Virus record (IMG/VR): IMGVR_UViG_3300025765_000001
Length of the DNA stretch: 64,000 nucleotides
From: a virus
Lineage: Duplodnaviria > Heunggongvirae > Uroviricota > Caudoviricetes
Reading direction: 5' to 3' (one strand)
A program made the translations under genes and the position numbers. The notes under the pieces are model-generated. The model did no database searches. It was not told the DNA's origin and saw nothing but the letters and a program-made list of their open reading frames with translations. Of the stretch, positions 16,665 to 26,631 are shown piece after piece. Every line of letters starts with the position of its first letter. Within the stretch, counting starts at the first letter, position 1.

Positions 16665-17120
16665 TTAGTTAGGCACCTTTGGGTAGACCGGGTAGGCAAA
16701 CTGTTTCCAATAGTTTCGGCTTCTGACATCAACTTCTTTTTCGGCTTCTAGCCAGAAGTTCTTGCCGTCGCCTTCTGGTCTACCGGCTTGTTCCCATTTT
16801 TGATAGGCAAGTTCTCTGATTTCTGCCTCCTTGCACGCTTTCAGTTCCAGCGTGGGCTGGCAGAGGTTTAGAGGCGGCAATGGTGGAAGGACTATGTTTT
16901 CCGGTATCTTGATCTTACAGGGAATGTCTGGGGGCACTGGAAGACTAAAAACTTCAGGCACAGGCTCCGGTATTTTATCAAGGATGATCTGCGGCATTCC
17001 TTCCGGAGGCAGCGTAATAGGAATCTGTTGAGGCGGATCGACCTTTTTCTCTTTCTTGCCGAAAAGTAGTTTGTTGAGGGCACAAATGCTGTTGGCTAGT
17101 TCCCTGGTTAAATCACCCAT
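16665..17120 (-). CDS. DUF2934-domain protein with Pro-rich N-terminus
   Basis: IRELAYQKWEQAGRPEGDGKNFWLEAEKE. Confidence 0.75.
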   Translation of the reverse strand: MGDLTRELANSICALNKLLFGKKEKKVDPPQQIPITLPPEGMPQIILDKIPEPVPEVFSLPVPPDIPCKIKIPENIVLPPLPPLNLCQPTLELKACKEAEIRELAYQKWEQAGRPEGDGKNFWLEAEKEVDVRSRNYWKQFAYPVYPKVPN

Positions 17121-18187
17121 AGTATTTCCTCTCTTGCTCTAGATGCTGCCGTATAGGTCCAGCGTTTGTGGTCCCATTTCGAGCAAAATTGCTCAAATAC
17201 CATGATCCTGTTCCACTCATCTCCCTGTGATTTGTGGCAGGTAATGGCATCAGCGAAGTCAAACGGGTCCGGGTCATCATGGTTCGGTGAGAAGTCGTAC
17301 TTCTCTTTGTTGAACTGCGAGGGATCGTAGAACACCTGATAGGCGTTACCATCCGACAGGAACTCCATTTTAGGAGACCCGAATCTAGAATTGGCAACCC
17401 ATTCAACCGTGCCCTGCATCCCGTTGAAGAGGCCCTTCATGCGGTTGTTCCGCAGACACATGACCTTATCACCGACTTGCGGCTCGTCGCCTTTGAATCC
17501 CTTGACCTCTCGAACCTGGAAGTTCAACCCAACCCTGGTTTTGTTGAATGCACAGATGATTTGGTCCACCGACGCCATATGGGGTATTGCTTGGCGGTTC
17601 GTTAGGAATTTTATCTTGCCCTCGTACTCCGGTTGCTTCTTGAAATCGAGGGTGGGTTTCCCCATTCGCAACCACTCGGCAAAGTGAGCGATCTCGCCAG
17701 CGTTTCGGTGAATCTGCTCTAACTTATAGTCAGGATTTTGCATCAGGAATACGTCCTGACCCACCGGCTCTAGTTGGCCGTGATCGCCGACGAAAATGAT
17801 CGGTCTACAGAAAGAGAGTAGGTCTTGGTGGATTTCCTTTGAGACCATTGAAGCTTCATCCACGATGAAGCCTTCGCAGAGTAGATCGCTGGGATGCTTG
17901 AGTACCCAAACGGTCCTGCCGCCGTAATCGACGGCCTTGTAGATTAGGCTATGTATAGTTTGAGCGGAGGGGAGGCCCTTCTTGCGAAGGATATTGGCCG
18001 CTTTACCGGTAAAAGCACAGACGGCGAAATTGGGCAGCAACCTTGATAGATGACTGATAACAGTCGTCTTACCGGTGCCTGCATAACCGCCGAGTGTCTG
18101 CACTCGCTTGTTGAACTTCAGAAGCGAGTGGAGAACCTGTTTTTGTTCGCCGGTCAATTCTACAGAGACACTATCAAGGGTATCCAT
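17108..18187 (-). CDS. RecD/Dda-like SF1 DNA helicase
   Basis: GYAGTGKT, TGKAA, TIHS, VDEASM, GDHGQL, TCHKSQG, YTAASRA. Confidence 0.92.
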   Translation of the reverse strand: MDTLDSVSVELTGEQKQVLHSLLKFNKRVQTLGGYAGTGKTTVISHLSRLLPNFAVCAFTGKAANILRKKGLPSAQTIHSLIYKAVDYGGRTVWVLKHPSDLLCEGFIVDEASMVSKEIHQDLLSFCRPIIFVGDHGQLEPVGQDVFLMQNPDYKLEQIHRNAGEIAHFAEWLRMGKPTLDFKKQPEYEGKIKFLTNRQAIPHMASVDQIICAFNKTRVGLNFQVREVKGFKGDEPQVGDKVMCLRNNRMKGLFNGMQGTVEWVANSRFGSPKMEFLSDGNAYQVFYDPSQFNKEKYDFSPNHDDPDPFDFADAITCHKSQGDEWNRIMVFEQFCSKWDHKRWTYTAASRAREEILWVI

Positions 18188-18217
18188 CAGCTTCCTCTCT
18201 ATTCAAGAGGGTCTACC

Positions 18218-18841
18218 TTAACCGAAACCAAAAGTCATGTCTACTGTAATTTTGGTCGTGAAGAATGGAACCTTAATGTGATTTGCTAGTTTATGCTTCT
18301 TGACTTCGGCGGCTGGCAAGAACCAGTCAGCGTGTTTCTTGCTATCAACTATCTTTAAGAAGTAGTCTGAGTCTTGATGGCCGCAGTTCTTCGCCATCTT
18401 GTGAAAGATATACGTGTTGAGACGATCTGCTTCCTTGGTCCTAGCCTTCATTTCCTCGATTTTGCCAAATTCCATCGAGCTTACTTCATGGATCATCACT
18501 GTGGCGTTGGCATCGATGTAACGATGTCCTTCGGTGCCACAGGAGAAGAGGACTGATCCGCAACTCATAGCTTTGCCAACTGCTATAGTTGCTACAGGTA
18601 ATTTGGCGTTTTCTATATCTGCAATCATGGCAAGCAAACTGTAGACTTGCCCGCCATAGGAATCGATGACTACAGGAATAATTGGCTGTCCTGTGTTGTG
18701 GGCTTTTGCCATAGCAACGGAAAACTCTTCTGCCGCCTTCTCGTTAAACTCCTTTACACGAACGACAACTGGCTCAGCTATAAGCTCTTCATGCTTCGAC
18801 CGTATTTTGGGGTCTACCTTTAGGTGATGTTTCATTATCAT
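18218..18841 (-). CDS. clpP: ClpP-family serine protease
   Basis: IDSYGG, GKAMSCG (catalytic Ser), VMIHE (His), DWFL (Asp). Confidence 0.85.
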   Translation of the reverse strand: MIMKHHLKVDPKIRSKHEELIAEPVVVRVKEFNEKAAEEFSVAMAKAHNTGQPIIPVVIDSYGGQVYSLLAMIADIENAKLPVATIAVGKAMSCGSVLFSCGTEGHRYIDANATVMIHEVSSMEFGKIEEMKARTKEADRLNTYIFHKMAKNCGHQDSDYFLKIVDSKKHADWFLPAAEVKKHKLANHIKVPFFTTKITVDMTFGFG

Positions 18842-19487
18842 AGCCTTTATCGCACACGAAGTCGTGCCTCCCCATCCATATCAATTTAGGTCCATCTAGA
18901 TAAGTCACACTGGTCTTTGGAAGGTAGTGCTTCCATTCTGGATGTTTCTCTACGTCGCAACCGTAGCACGCACGTACTAGATTTGCGATTAGATTGCAGT
19001 GTGACACGATTATACTCCTACTAAACAGATTCCTCAAGACAGATTTCACCCGATTGAGGAAATCGTGTTCCGACTCATCGGGCACGACATCCATCAAGTC
19101 GTAGTTTACCTCGAAATCTATGTTAAGGAACTTTGAAAACACTTCGGCAGTTTCTACACACCGTCTAGCTGGACTACAAACACCTTGGAAGGTATTTATT
19201 TCTCGAATCTGTTGTTTAATGAAAAAGGCCGCACGTTCTGAATGTATGCGGCCTTCGTCGTTGATTCCTGGGTCTTCTTCGTTGTCAATCTCGGAGTGCC
19301 TGAAGCAGATCAGCTTCTTGGCATAGAACTCGATTTCGTCTGACATGAACTTACCAGTGATAGGGTCGAGGAATCCAGAGATCAACTCGTTGCGTTCGGT
19401 GTCAGACAGTTTGCCAAACGCTTCACCGTGATGAATCCCTGTTACCACTCTACCCGCTGCTGTGTAGAGAGCGGCAACGTACTGCAT
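18789..19487 (-). CDS. Histidine phosphatase (PGM-like) family protein
   Basis: LICFRHSE, CSPARRCVETA, IIVSHCN. Confidence 0.75.
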   Translation of the reverse strand: MQYVAALYTAAGRVVTGIHHGEAFGKLSDTERNELISGFLDPITGKFMSDEIEFYAKKLICFRHSEIDNEEDPGINDEGRIHSERAAFFIKQQIREINTFQGVCSPARRCVETAEVFSKFLNIDFEVNYDLMDVVPDESEHDFLNRVKSVLRNLFSRSIIVSHCNLIANLVRACYGCDVEKHPEWKHYLPKTSVTYLDGPKLIWMGRHDFVCDKGYDNETSPKGRPQNTVEA

Positions 19488-19530
19488 GATTCCCTCCTTT
19501 TGTTACTATAGATTCTTACTAGTAACAAAA

Positions 19531-20376
19531 TCAATCGTGCTTCTTATAGGAACGCACGACTTTTTGTACAAAGTCCGTGTTTGAAGTCGGATTTTGTTCT
19601 AGCAGTGCCTCCATTGGGTCGTCATTACCGATGGTGAAAATTGTACCCTGGTAGTCATAGGCGAAATATTTCTTATGAAAAACTGGCGGTAGTCCGAATT
19701 TGTAGTGGATGAAGTTGATTTCGGGGGTGTCGTGTAATAGTGAGGTCTCCATCTTCTTAGCCATACCGCTAATCCTCGCAAGATAATCATACATTGTCAA
19801 TATCCAGGCCCCACGCTCCGCCCACTTCTCAGGGCCATATTCATCTAGCAGCTTTTCCATGCGGACGCCAACTCGATAGAAGAAAGCCGTAGGTATGTCC
19901 TTCAAGAAAGCTATAACATCGCCCAAAGGAATCCAGGGCACGGAATCTTTTGATAGTCCTATGTCACTCTTGATTCGCAGAATTTCCGATTCTAGTTTGT
20001 CCTTGAGATTCTCGTCTTCCGAGTAGTCGAAGATGAGGTTATGTGTAGTATCTTCTTTGAAGTCCAGCGGATTCTGCAAAATCATATCCGGGTGAATCAT
20101 TGCGAAAGGCTGCTTTAGCAAACCATTCTCTAGTGCAATGATGACGGCGAAGGTCTTGTTGAGCGGCAGGTATTTTCTGTCACGACCTACATTCTCATGT
20201 AGAAACTTGTTCTTGTGGGCCGTGATATTCTTGGACCAGATTCCCCTAGAATCGTCATTCTTGGCAACCCCAATGACCAACTGATCTTCTAGTTTTTGCA
20301 TCTTGAAACTTTCGATCAACAACTCAACCTGCCAATGGTGGTATGGAGTGTTCTCTATGCTTACGAAGTATTGCAT
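19531..20376 (-). CDS. Second HPAT/SGT1-like glycosyltransferase paralog
   Basis: VSIENTPYHHWQVELLIESFK, YLPLNK, MIHPDMIL (DxD changed to HxD), FIHYK; paralog of 3836-4687. Confidence 0.6.
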   Translation of the reverse strand: MQYFVSIENTPYHHWQVELLIESFKMQKLEDQLVIGVAKNDDSRGIWSKNITAHKNKFLHENVGRDRKYLPLNKTFAVIIALENGLLKQPFAMIHPDMILQNPLDFKEDTTHNLIFDYSEDENLKDKLESEILRIKSDIGLSKDSVPWIPLGDVIAFLKDIPTAFFYRVGVRMEKLLDEYGPEKWAERGAWILTMYDYLARISGMAKKMETSLLHDTPEINFIHYKFGLPPVFHKKYFAYDYQGTIFTIGNDDPMEALLEQNPTSNTDFVQKVVRSYKKHD

Positions 20377-20413
20377 GTTCACCTTTCTTGATTCTTCCCT
20401 TGAAGGAATAGAG

Positions 20414-20746
20414 TTATTCAATGCAAAACTTTTGCTCAAAGATGCAGTACACTTCAGAATAAGCTACACCCCAAGCAGCGTCATGCACCTTTTCGCTAAA
20501 TTCGTTTGCATCCATTGAATCATGGAGATGGTTCCAGGCACGAGCATGTGCCCATTCGTGTAGGAGGGCGTCGATGGCTCGATGCTCATCGACTATTTTT
20601 CTATTTATGCGGATATAGAACTTATTCTTGTGCTTGCTGCAATCACCGTCATCACCGTCCGCCATCCGAACCCTCCTAACCGTCACCGGGTACGCACAAG
20701 GACATTCTCTTTTCAAGAAATAGATCAGTCTACGAAAGTTGGTCAT
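20414..20746 (-). CDS. Small HExxH metalloprotease-like (SprT-like) protein
   Basis: LLHEWAHARAW...HDAAWG. Confidence 0.6.
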   Translation of the reverse strand: MTNFRRLIYFLKRECPCAYPVTVRRVRMADGDDGDCSKHKNKFYIRINRKIVDEHRAIDALLHEWAHARAWNHLHDSMDANEFSEKVHDAAWGVAYSEVYCIFEQKFCIE

Positions 20747-20792
20747 GTCAAACCTCCCAAGACATCCATACTATATCTGACAGGAGGTTGGT

Positions 20793-21729
20793 ATGAAAAG
20801 TGATACAATTCTAAGGCTAGTTTGCTGTAGCTTGCCGTTTCTATTAACTTTCGCCCTGCTCTACAAACTACACCTGAAATCACGGTTAGCCCCGCCGCTG
20901 GTAGAGAGGCCCAATCCGTTTGTACATCCTCATATCCAGCCGCCAGCAGACCCGCCCAAGCCACCTAAAGTCCTACCGCCACAGAAGATAGAGCCAGAAT
21001 GGACGAACTACCCCCCCGCTCAGGAATGTAACTGACGCTAGGTTAGGCAGGGTGTTGGCGGACATCGAATCACACATGCCCGCTGGTCATATCTATAAGG
21101 ACAACGATTTAATTACTTGGGGTCATGAAACCACCCACGGTATCAATAGTCATCTTCGCATGAAATTCCAGCGGGGAGGTTACGGCTGGGATGGCAAGCA
21201 ATGGCTAATCACTCAACAGGCCAGAATCAATGGATTTTACGTTCTAGAGAATCGGGCTGCAATCATTAACGAGCCAAACACCACTATTAGGGCAGCCGCC
21301 GCCCTGGTGCCGAGAACGCTACGTAGCGGGGTCTATAACCTCTACATGGTACAACAAGCCGGTCAATGGAATGATACCCCTCTCTATGTGTTCGATGAGT
21401 GGGTAGCTTATACAAATGGATCGGCTGTGAGACTTAACCTCAAGATCACCAGCAGAGGGGAAACAGTTCTCTACATGCTAGAGTTCAACAACTACGCCAT
21501 TGCTGTAGCAATGGCTTGTAAGACCGAGAATCAGCAGTTCAAGAAGTTCCTTATGTGGCACTTGGAGAGGACGATGGAGTTGTACCGCCAGAATTTGTTG
21601 CTTGGCGACGTTTCTCAGGCCACAGCCTACTTAGAAAAGACGAAGACTTCGCCGGACGCTGAGGAGCTTCGGGCGTTTGCTCGCCAGTATTTTGGGACAG
21701 AGTGGACGCAGCGAGTGTTGGGATACTAG
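20793..21729 (+). pseudogene. Membrane-anchored HExxH protein split by a +1 frameshift in a C7 tract
   Basis: Deleting one C at 21011-21017 fuses ORF 20793 (TM helix, Pro linker) to ORF 21052 (WGHETTHG). Confidence 0.6.
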
Positions 21730-22852
21730 GTTGTGGGTGGGCCACGGTCTGCGGAAGCAGTTTCAATATCTTCCTGGCGAACTCGCCGTGTTCCGGGTGG
21801 TCCTTCATATTCTCTGCCCACTGGCCCATGTAAAAGTAACCATAGGAAACAGCCTTCGCTAGACCGGCAGCTATAGCTTCGCCAATGCCCGGAGCAATCG
21901 CAGCCCCTACTAGCATGGCTAGAGGTATAGTCGCACCACTATAGACGCTTAGCTTGCCTACTTCGGACATCCAATGAAGGAGATTTTCACGATTGCCTCT
22001 ATCTAGCGGGTTCTTCATAAATTTGGCTAGAGCAAACACAAACATAATTTTGGCATAGATTGCTTTGGGCAACGTGGCAAGAAACTTCTTCAACCCAACC
22101 CATTTATCTACTTTGCCAATGAGTCCAAAGAATCTACTAACTGCATTCTCAACATTTTGTGCGACCTCTGGATCGACCACGGCTACACCGAACTCGATAG
22201 CTCCCTGGGTAAACATTTCTTGAATGAATGTCACATCTTGCTCTAGTTCCATCCACTCCTTGAAGTTCAATGGTGCAACTGGAATTGGAGGATTCGTTGA
22301 TTGGTTGTTGATAGGTGGAACATGTTCTTTGGCTGGCGGGTGTCCCGGTTTGTTAGATGTCCACGGCGAGTCATCCGCTGCCAGTGTGTATTTCAGCGTG
22401 ATCTTACCAAACATCCTGTTGAGTTCATTTGTTTTAATAGACTGGTCAGGTCCGATGATCTTCTGAATGATATCATCGGCACGTTGACCATAGCCTCTCA
22501 AGAAGAGTTCGGCTTTATTGTCGATAATGAGATTGGGTCTACTGTCTGGCCTGTGAGTCCAAAACTCCTCTTTCTCCCCCGGCATGGTATTTGATTTTAT
22601 AGTGGTGAAATGCTGATTGATGATCGGGTCGATGTCCATATTGATGAATTTTCGACCAGCCTCCCTATCCATTTTCCACCTAGACTGAAGGAACAGGTAA
22701 TCGCCAGGATACGGCTGTGCGTATTGCCAATCAAATGCGTCGGTAGGGTAAAGATAGCTGCCGAAGAACCAGTCCGAGCCGCTATCGTCAAATCCGGCCT
22801 CAGACAGTACCTTCTCCTTCTTTGCCAGCCACTCTTTGAAACTCATCCCCAT
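21551..22852 (-). CDS. Hypothetical protein with two FKEW motifs and hydrophobic C-terminal segment
   Basis: MGMSFKEWLAKKE and internal LNFKEWMELE. The 3' end overlaps the opposite gene by 179 nt, so the true stop is uncertain. Confidence 0.6.
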   Translation of the reverse strand: MGMSFKEWLAKKEKVLSEAGFDDSGSDWFFGSYLYPTDAFDWQYAQPYPGDYLFLQSRWKMDREAGRKFINMDIDPIINQHFTTIKSNTMPGEKEEFWTHRPDSRPNLIIDNKAELFLRGYGQRADDIIQKIIGPDQSIKTNELNRMFGKITLKYTLAADDSPWTSNKPGHPPAKEHVPPINNQSTNPPIPVAPLNFKEWMELEQDVTFIQEMFTQGAIEFGVAVVDPEVAQNVENAVSRFFGLIGKVDKWVGLKKFLATLPKAIYAKIMFVFALAKFMKNPLDRGNRENLLHWMSEVGKLSVYSGATIPLAMLVGAAIAPGIGEAIAAGLAKAVSYGYFYMGQWAENMKDHPEHGEFARKILKLLPQTVAHPQPSIPTLAASTLSQNTGEQTPEAPQRPAKSSSFLSRLWPEKRRQATNSGGTTPSSSPSAT

Positions 22853-22855
22853 GCG

Positions 22856-23485
22856 TTATTTAGGTGGGTTGCGAGGAATTATCATAGTTCTAGGGTAAAC
22901 GTCGATGCTGAAAAGGAGCTTGTACAGCATCTCGTTCTCGCATCTGTTTCCATTCATGTCGTGCGTGAACCTCCAAGCGTTGTCGAGTGTCTCTATGTCT
23001 ATCTGGTATTTGGTCCCGCTCGCCGGGTCTGCGATAGTGAATTGCTTCTCGTTGAAGCCGATAACTACAACAAAATGCCACGTCGTCTCACTGCTCCTCA
23101 GCAAAACAATGACGGGCCTGTCGTCAGAAATGAAGTGCTTTATGTTCGTTGTGCTACCCCACCTGAGTTGAGCCGGAACGCCTAGATCGTTCATGGCTTT
23201 CTTGACCATAGATGGAGCGGTCATGCCTACGGGGGTTCCCTTCCAGGTGAACCATTCTGTTTTGGCGGCTTTCTCCACTTCCTTTATGGTCACGTCTTTA
23301 CCATAATACTGTAGAACCATCGCACAGCTAGTTGGGCCACATGTTATATTATTTGGCTGTACTAGCAGTTTGTCGAAACCATCTAACTCTTTTTCAGGTA
23401 GATGTGTTTCAAAGTGAGCATGGTATAAACCCAGCCCAATGAAACCGGCAACGCAAATAGCTAACAAAATAAAGGTCTTTCTCAT
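22856..23485 (-). CDS. C39-like cysteine peptidase with N-terminal membrane anchor
   Basis: QPNNITCGPTSCAMVL, WHFVVVIG, IADP. Confidence 0.85.
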   Translation of the reverse strand: MRKTFILLAICVAGFIGLGLYHAHFETHLPEKELDGFDKLLVQPNNITCGPTSCAMVLQYYGKDVTIKEVEKAAKTEWFTWKGTPVGMTAPSMVKKAMNDLGVPAQLRWGSTTNIKHFISDDRPVIVLLRSSETTWHFVVVIGFNEKQFTIADPASGTKYQIDIETLDNAWRFTHDMNGNRCENEMLYKLLFSIDVYPRTMIIPRNPPK

Positions 23486-24152
23486 GAGATTAGTCGTTTA
23501 CGATTTCGATGGCACCCTTGCCACTGTACCAACCAAGCCAGACAAGGCTACTGCCAAACAGATCGGCTGGGATGGTAAAGATTGGTGGGGCAGCGAAGCA
23601 TCGCTAGTCCTCGAAAGTATAGTACCCAACGAAGAAGTAATCTCTGCGATGAAAGCAGACAAGCTAGACTCTAGTACCAAAGTTATTTTGGCAACGGGTC
23701 GTCGTGGGGTAGTAGCCCACCTTGTCAGAGCCTTCTTGCGGAGCCAGGGACTCTACGGAAAAAGGATGATTCCAGAAAGCAACAAGGATGCTCTTCGCAG
23801 GTTTCAACAGAGACTAGAGGCTGGCAAAGACTTGATCCATCCAGAAGAGACCCACCTGGAATACTTCTGTGGAGATTTCGGGACCGAGGATGATTTCCCG
23901 AAGGGGAAGAAGGGCAAGCCCATTAGCGATACCATAGTCCACAAAAAGTATGTGATTGCCAAACACCTGCCGGTCAAGAAACTAGAGTTCTGGGAGGATC
24001 GAGACGACCACGTTCCGTTCTTCATTCGGATGGGACTCGACTGGCTTAAAAAGGGACTAGCAGAGGAGGTCTTGCTACACAAGGTCTTCGAGGTTCCTGA
24101 GAACCAGCCATACGTTCAACACATCCCGATCAAAGACGGGATGAAGAAATGA
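23484..24152 (+). CDS. HAD-superfamily phosphatase (RNA-repair/PNKP-type)
   Basis: VVYDFDGTL, LATGR, conserved K, FWEDRDDH. Confidence 0.75.
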   Translation: MRLVVYDFDGTLATVPTKPDKATAKQIGWDGKDWWGSEASLVLESIVPNEEVISAMKADKLDSSTKVILATGRRGVVAHLVRAFLRSQGLYGKRMIPESNKDALRRFQQRLEAGKDLIHPEETHLEYFCGDFGTEDDFPKGKKGKPISDTIVHKKYVIAKHLPVKKLEFWEDRDDHVPFFIRMGLDWLKKGLAEEVLLHKVFEVPENQPYVQHIPIKDGMKK

Positions 24153-24183
24153 AAAAACGCCCGGCTTCGCCGGGCGTTTTTTC
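24152..24183. terminator. Bidirectional terminator
   Basis: AAAAAACGCCCGGC-TTC-GCCGGGCGTTTTTT. Confidence 0.85.
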
Positions 24184-24322
24184 ATTTCTTCAAGGCTTTT
24201 GCTTTCAGTGCCGCCTGCTGCCTCTGTTGTAGTTGTTGCAACGTAATCAGTGGCACAAGGGCATTGGTTTTTCTAGGTGGGGCAGCGTTGTTTCTACTCC
24301 CACAGCCTCTACAGCATCCCAT
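24182..24322 (-). CDS. Small basic protein (MGCCRGCGS..., 46 aa; not in ORF track)
   Basis: Fills the gap between the CCA-like gene and the terminator. Confidence 0.45.
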   Translation of the reverse strand: MGCCRGCGSRNNAAPPRKTNALVPLITLQQLQQRQQAALKAKALKK

Positions 24323-24345
24323 AGGATTTACCCCGCAACAAGTCA

Positions 24346-25815
24346 TTAGTCGTCTTTCATGAACTTTTCGACTTCCATATCGTCCACGATCTTGTTCTTC
24401 TTGAACTCGTCCTCATCGCCCTTGGCTTTACCAGATTTTACGGCGTCATCGAACTTCGTGGTCTTTCTCCAACCGGCAAACTTCTTGACGTGTTTAGCCC
24501 ACCAAGGTCTCCGGTTTCTCTCTGTGCCTTTGATCTTGAACATATCTACCCAATCTTCGATCTGTTGTTTGGATAGACCGGTTCCTTCTCGCTGAGCCAT
24601 CATCTTCGGCAGATGTTCTGGTGCGAATTCCTTAAGCTTCAACAGGAAGCAAACGGCATTCTTTTCGTCGTCGCCCCAGCCCGACTTTTTTATCTGGCCG
24701 TTGTCGTCTTCGTAATCACCAGCTAGAGCCTTCTCGACGGCTTCGACAGGATTGTGTTGGAGCAACCATGCCAAGGCAAGGGCTTTGTCCTTCTTGTCGG
24801 AAATCTCAACCGGGACGCCCGAAGGCGGATCGAACTTGAGTCCTGGGAAGACCTTTTTGAGTAGATCGGTCTTCTTGTACATGTTGATATAGCACTTTGG
24901 ATCGATATCTGGGTGTAGCAGACCCTTGAGAAACTCTTCTTTCACCTGATCCCCTGGCACGCCGTCTAGGTCACGGAATCTGCCGATAGCTTTCTCGATC
25001 TTCTCGTCCATTGGACCCTTACCATAGCGGCAATGCAGTCTCACGGCACGCATGACACGAATCTTGTCTTCCTTGAATTTCTGCTCTGGGTCGCCGATTG
25101 TCTTGATAACACCTTGCATTGTGTCGTAGTGCCCAGTCTCGGTTGGATCGTATAACTTAGTGTTGGGGCCGTCCGATTTACTCAACTCGATGTAATTTGC
25201 GTTCATGGTCAAGTCACGGCCTTGGGCGTCATCCTTGGGGTTATCGGTGAAATCGGCGTTAGCCGAGCCAAACGAAACCTTGGGGTCACGTCTCATGGTA
25301 TTGATGTCAAACTCCTCGCCCTCGACCGTGGCCTTGATAGAGTATGCCTTCTTCTCCTTGCTATTGTCTTTGGCTCCGCAGTTCCAGATGAGCTTGTCAC
25401 CTTCCTTTGCCACTTCTGGCTTAAAGGTGAGTTTGAGGTTTTCAGTCGGACAATCCCCAGCCATCTTGAAGCCAGCGGAGTGTAAAATCTGTGCGGTTTG
25501 TTCAGGAGTGGCGTTTGTTACCAAGCTGTATTTTCTAACAGACTTGCCACGGAGGAAGTCACGCACAGAGCCTCCGGTGAGGAAGAGACTCTTCTTAGGC
25601 ATCGTCATTTCCTTAGTGGTGTCGCCCATGATCTTTACTTCGGCACTCTTCACGAATGCATCAATAATCGGACGTAGTTTCGGGGGTGGAACGAAACCTG
25701 GATCAATCTGGGTGAACTTCTTCTTCCAGTCTTTGTCGGCTCCACTTTCGCCACTTCCAGAAGGGTTGTCGCCTTCCTTCAGCAACACATAGTCTTTGAA
25801 TGATTTGAAACTCAT
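24346..25815 (-). CDS. CCA-adding enzyme/poly(A) polymerase homolog, catalytic DxD lost
   Basis: LFLTGGSVRD, TNATPEQ, RDLTMNA, LYDP, EDKIRVMRAVR; the DxD position reads KYS. Confidence 0.8.
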   Translation of the reverse strand: MSFKSFKDYVLLKEGDNPSGSGESGADKDWKKKFTQIDPGFVPPPKLRPIIDAFVKSAEVKIMGDTTKEMTMPKKSLFLTGGSVRDFLRGKSVRKYSLVTNATPEQTAQILHSAGFKMAGDCPTENLKLTFKPEVAKEGDKLIWNCGAKDNSKEKKAYSIKATVEGEEFDINTMRRDPKVSFGSANADFTDNPKDDAQGRDLTMNANYIELSKSDGPNTKLYDPTETGHYDTMQGVIKTIGDPEQKFKEDKIRVMRAVRLHCRYGKGPMDEKIEKAIGRFRDLDGVPGDQVKEEFLKGLLHPDIDPKCYINMYKKTDLLKKVFPGLKFDPPSGVPVEISDKKDKALALAWLLQHNPVEAVEKALAGDYEDDNGQIKKSGWGDDEKNAVCFLLKLKEFAPEHLPKMMAQREGTGLSKQQIEDWVDMFKIKGTERNRRPWWAKHVKKFAGWRKTTKFDDAVKSGKAKGDEDEFKKNKIVDDMEVEKFMKDD

Positions 25816-25853
25816 ATCTGCTCCTGTGCTATTTAGAACGCCGCCTGCTAGTT

Positions 25854-26555
25854 TTAGAACCTATTGGCACCTATATTTCTCCTTTGACCTGCCGTGTCCT
25901 GAGATTGGGCACCAACCTTGTCGAAGTTCAAGGCATCGCTCAATTGATTGCCGTAGAAGATGTCGTCTCTCGGCCAACGGTATTGTCCGTATGCCACGAT
26001 TTTCCACTGCCCGTTCCCTAAGTCCTGTTCATCGCCGTACTCGTTATGGTGTGGCGGCTTGTGTGCCAACAACACGGCTGCATTGGGCTGAACTGGTTTG
26101 TACTCACCTTCTTTCCAGAAAGCGGGTTTACCACCGCTGCCGGAAAAGTTGCCCAGGTATTGATCTCGCATGAAGTCATTCATCTTTCGATGCAACTCCA
26201 ATCTCATCTGCTTGGCTTCGTTGACATCCCTGGCCTGAACGGTCTCTTCTTTTTCTAGAGTAAAGTAGTTCTGACTTCGGCTGGATTGTAGCTCATAATC
26301 GCTGAAGAAAGGCTGGAACATCCCAGAGTTAGGCACTTCCGTACTGCCGCCACGAGCTTTATCAATAGCACCGAATAAAGCACCGGTTGCAATGTTCATG
26401 GTGTCTAGGCCGGGACGAATTCTCTGTCTATTACGCCAGTAGTCGTAGGCATCACCGCCTTGTCCTTGGCTCCAGAGGGTACTGCCTCTCACTTTGTAGC
26501 CGTGCTCCGGTGCTTCTTCTTGTTCCCGAAGCCAATCCTTGAATGAAATGTTCAT
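25854..26555 (-). CDS. Hypothetical protein with FKDWLRE motif
   Basis: Start at ATG 26555 (MNISFKDWLREQEE), 5 nt after ATAAATA. Confidence 0.6.
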   Translation of the reverse strand: MNISFKDWLREQEEAPEHGYKVRGSTLWSQGQGGDAYDYWRNRQRIRPGLDTMNIATGALFGAIDKARGGSTEVPNSGMFQPFFSDYELQSSRSQNYFTLEKEETVQARDVNEAKQMRLELHRKMNDFMRDQYLGNFSGSGGKPAFWKEGEYKPVQPNAAVLLAHKPPHHNEYGDEQDLGNGQWKIVAYGQYRWPRDDIFYGNQLSDALNFDKVGAQSQDTAGQRRNIGANRF

Positions 26556-26631
26556 GTTGGTATTTATGATCTGCTTGGGGAAAACCACTTTACGCAGAGC
26601 CTTTTTGCACTAGAATGGAGATGGAGGTTAT

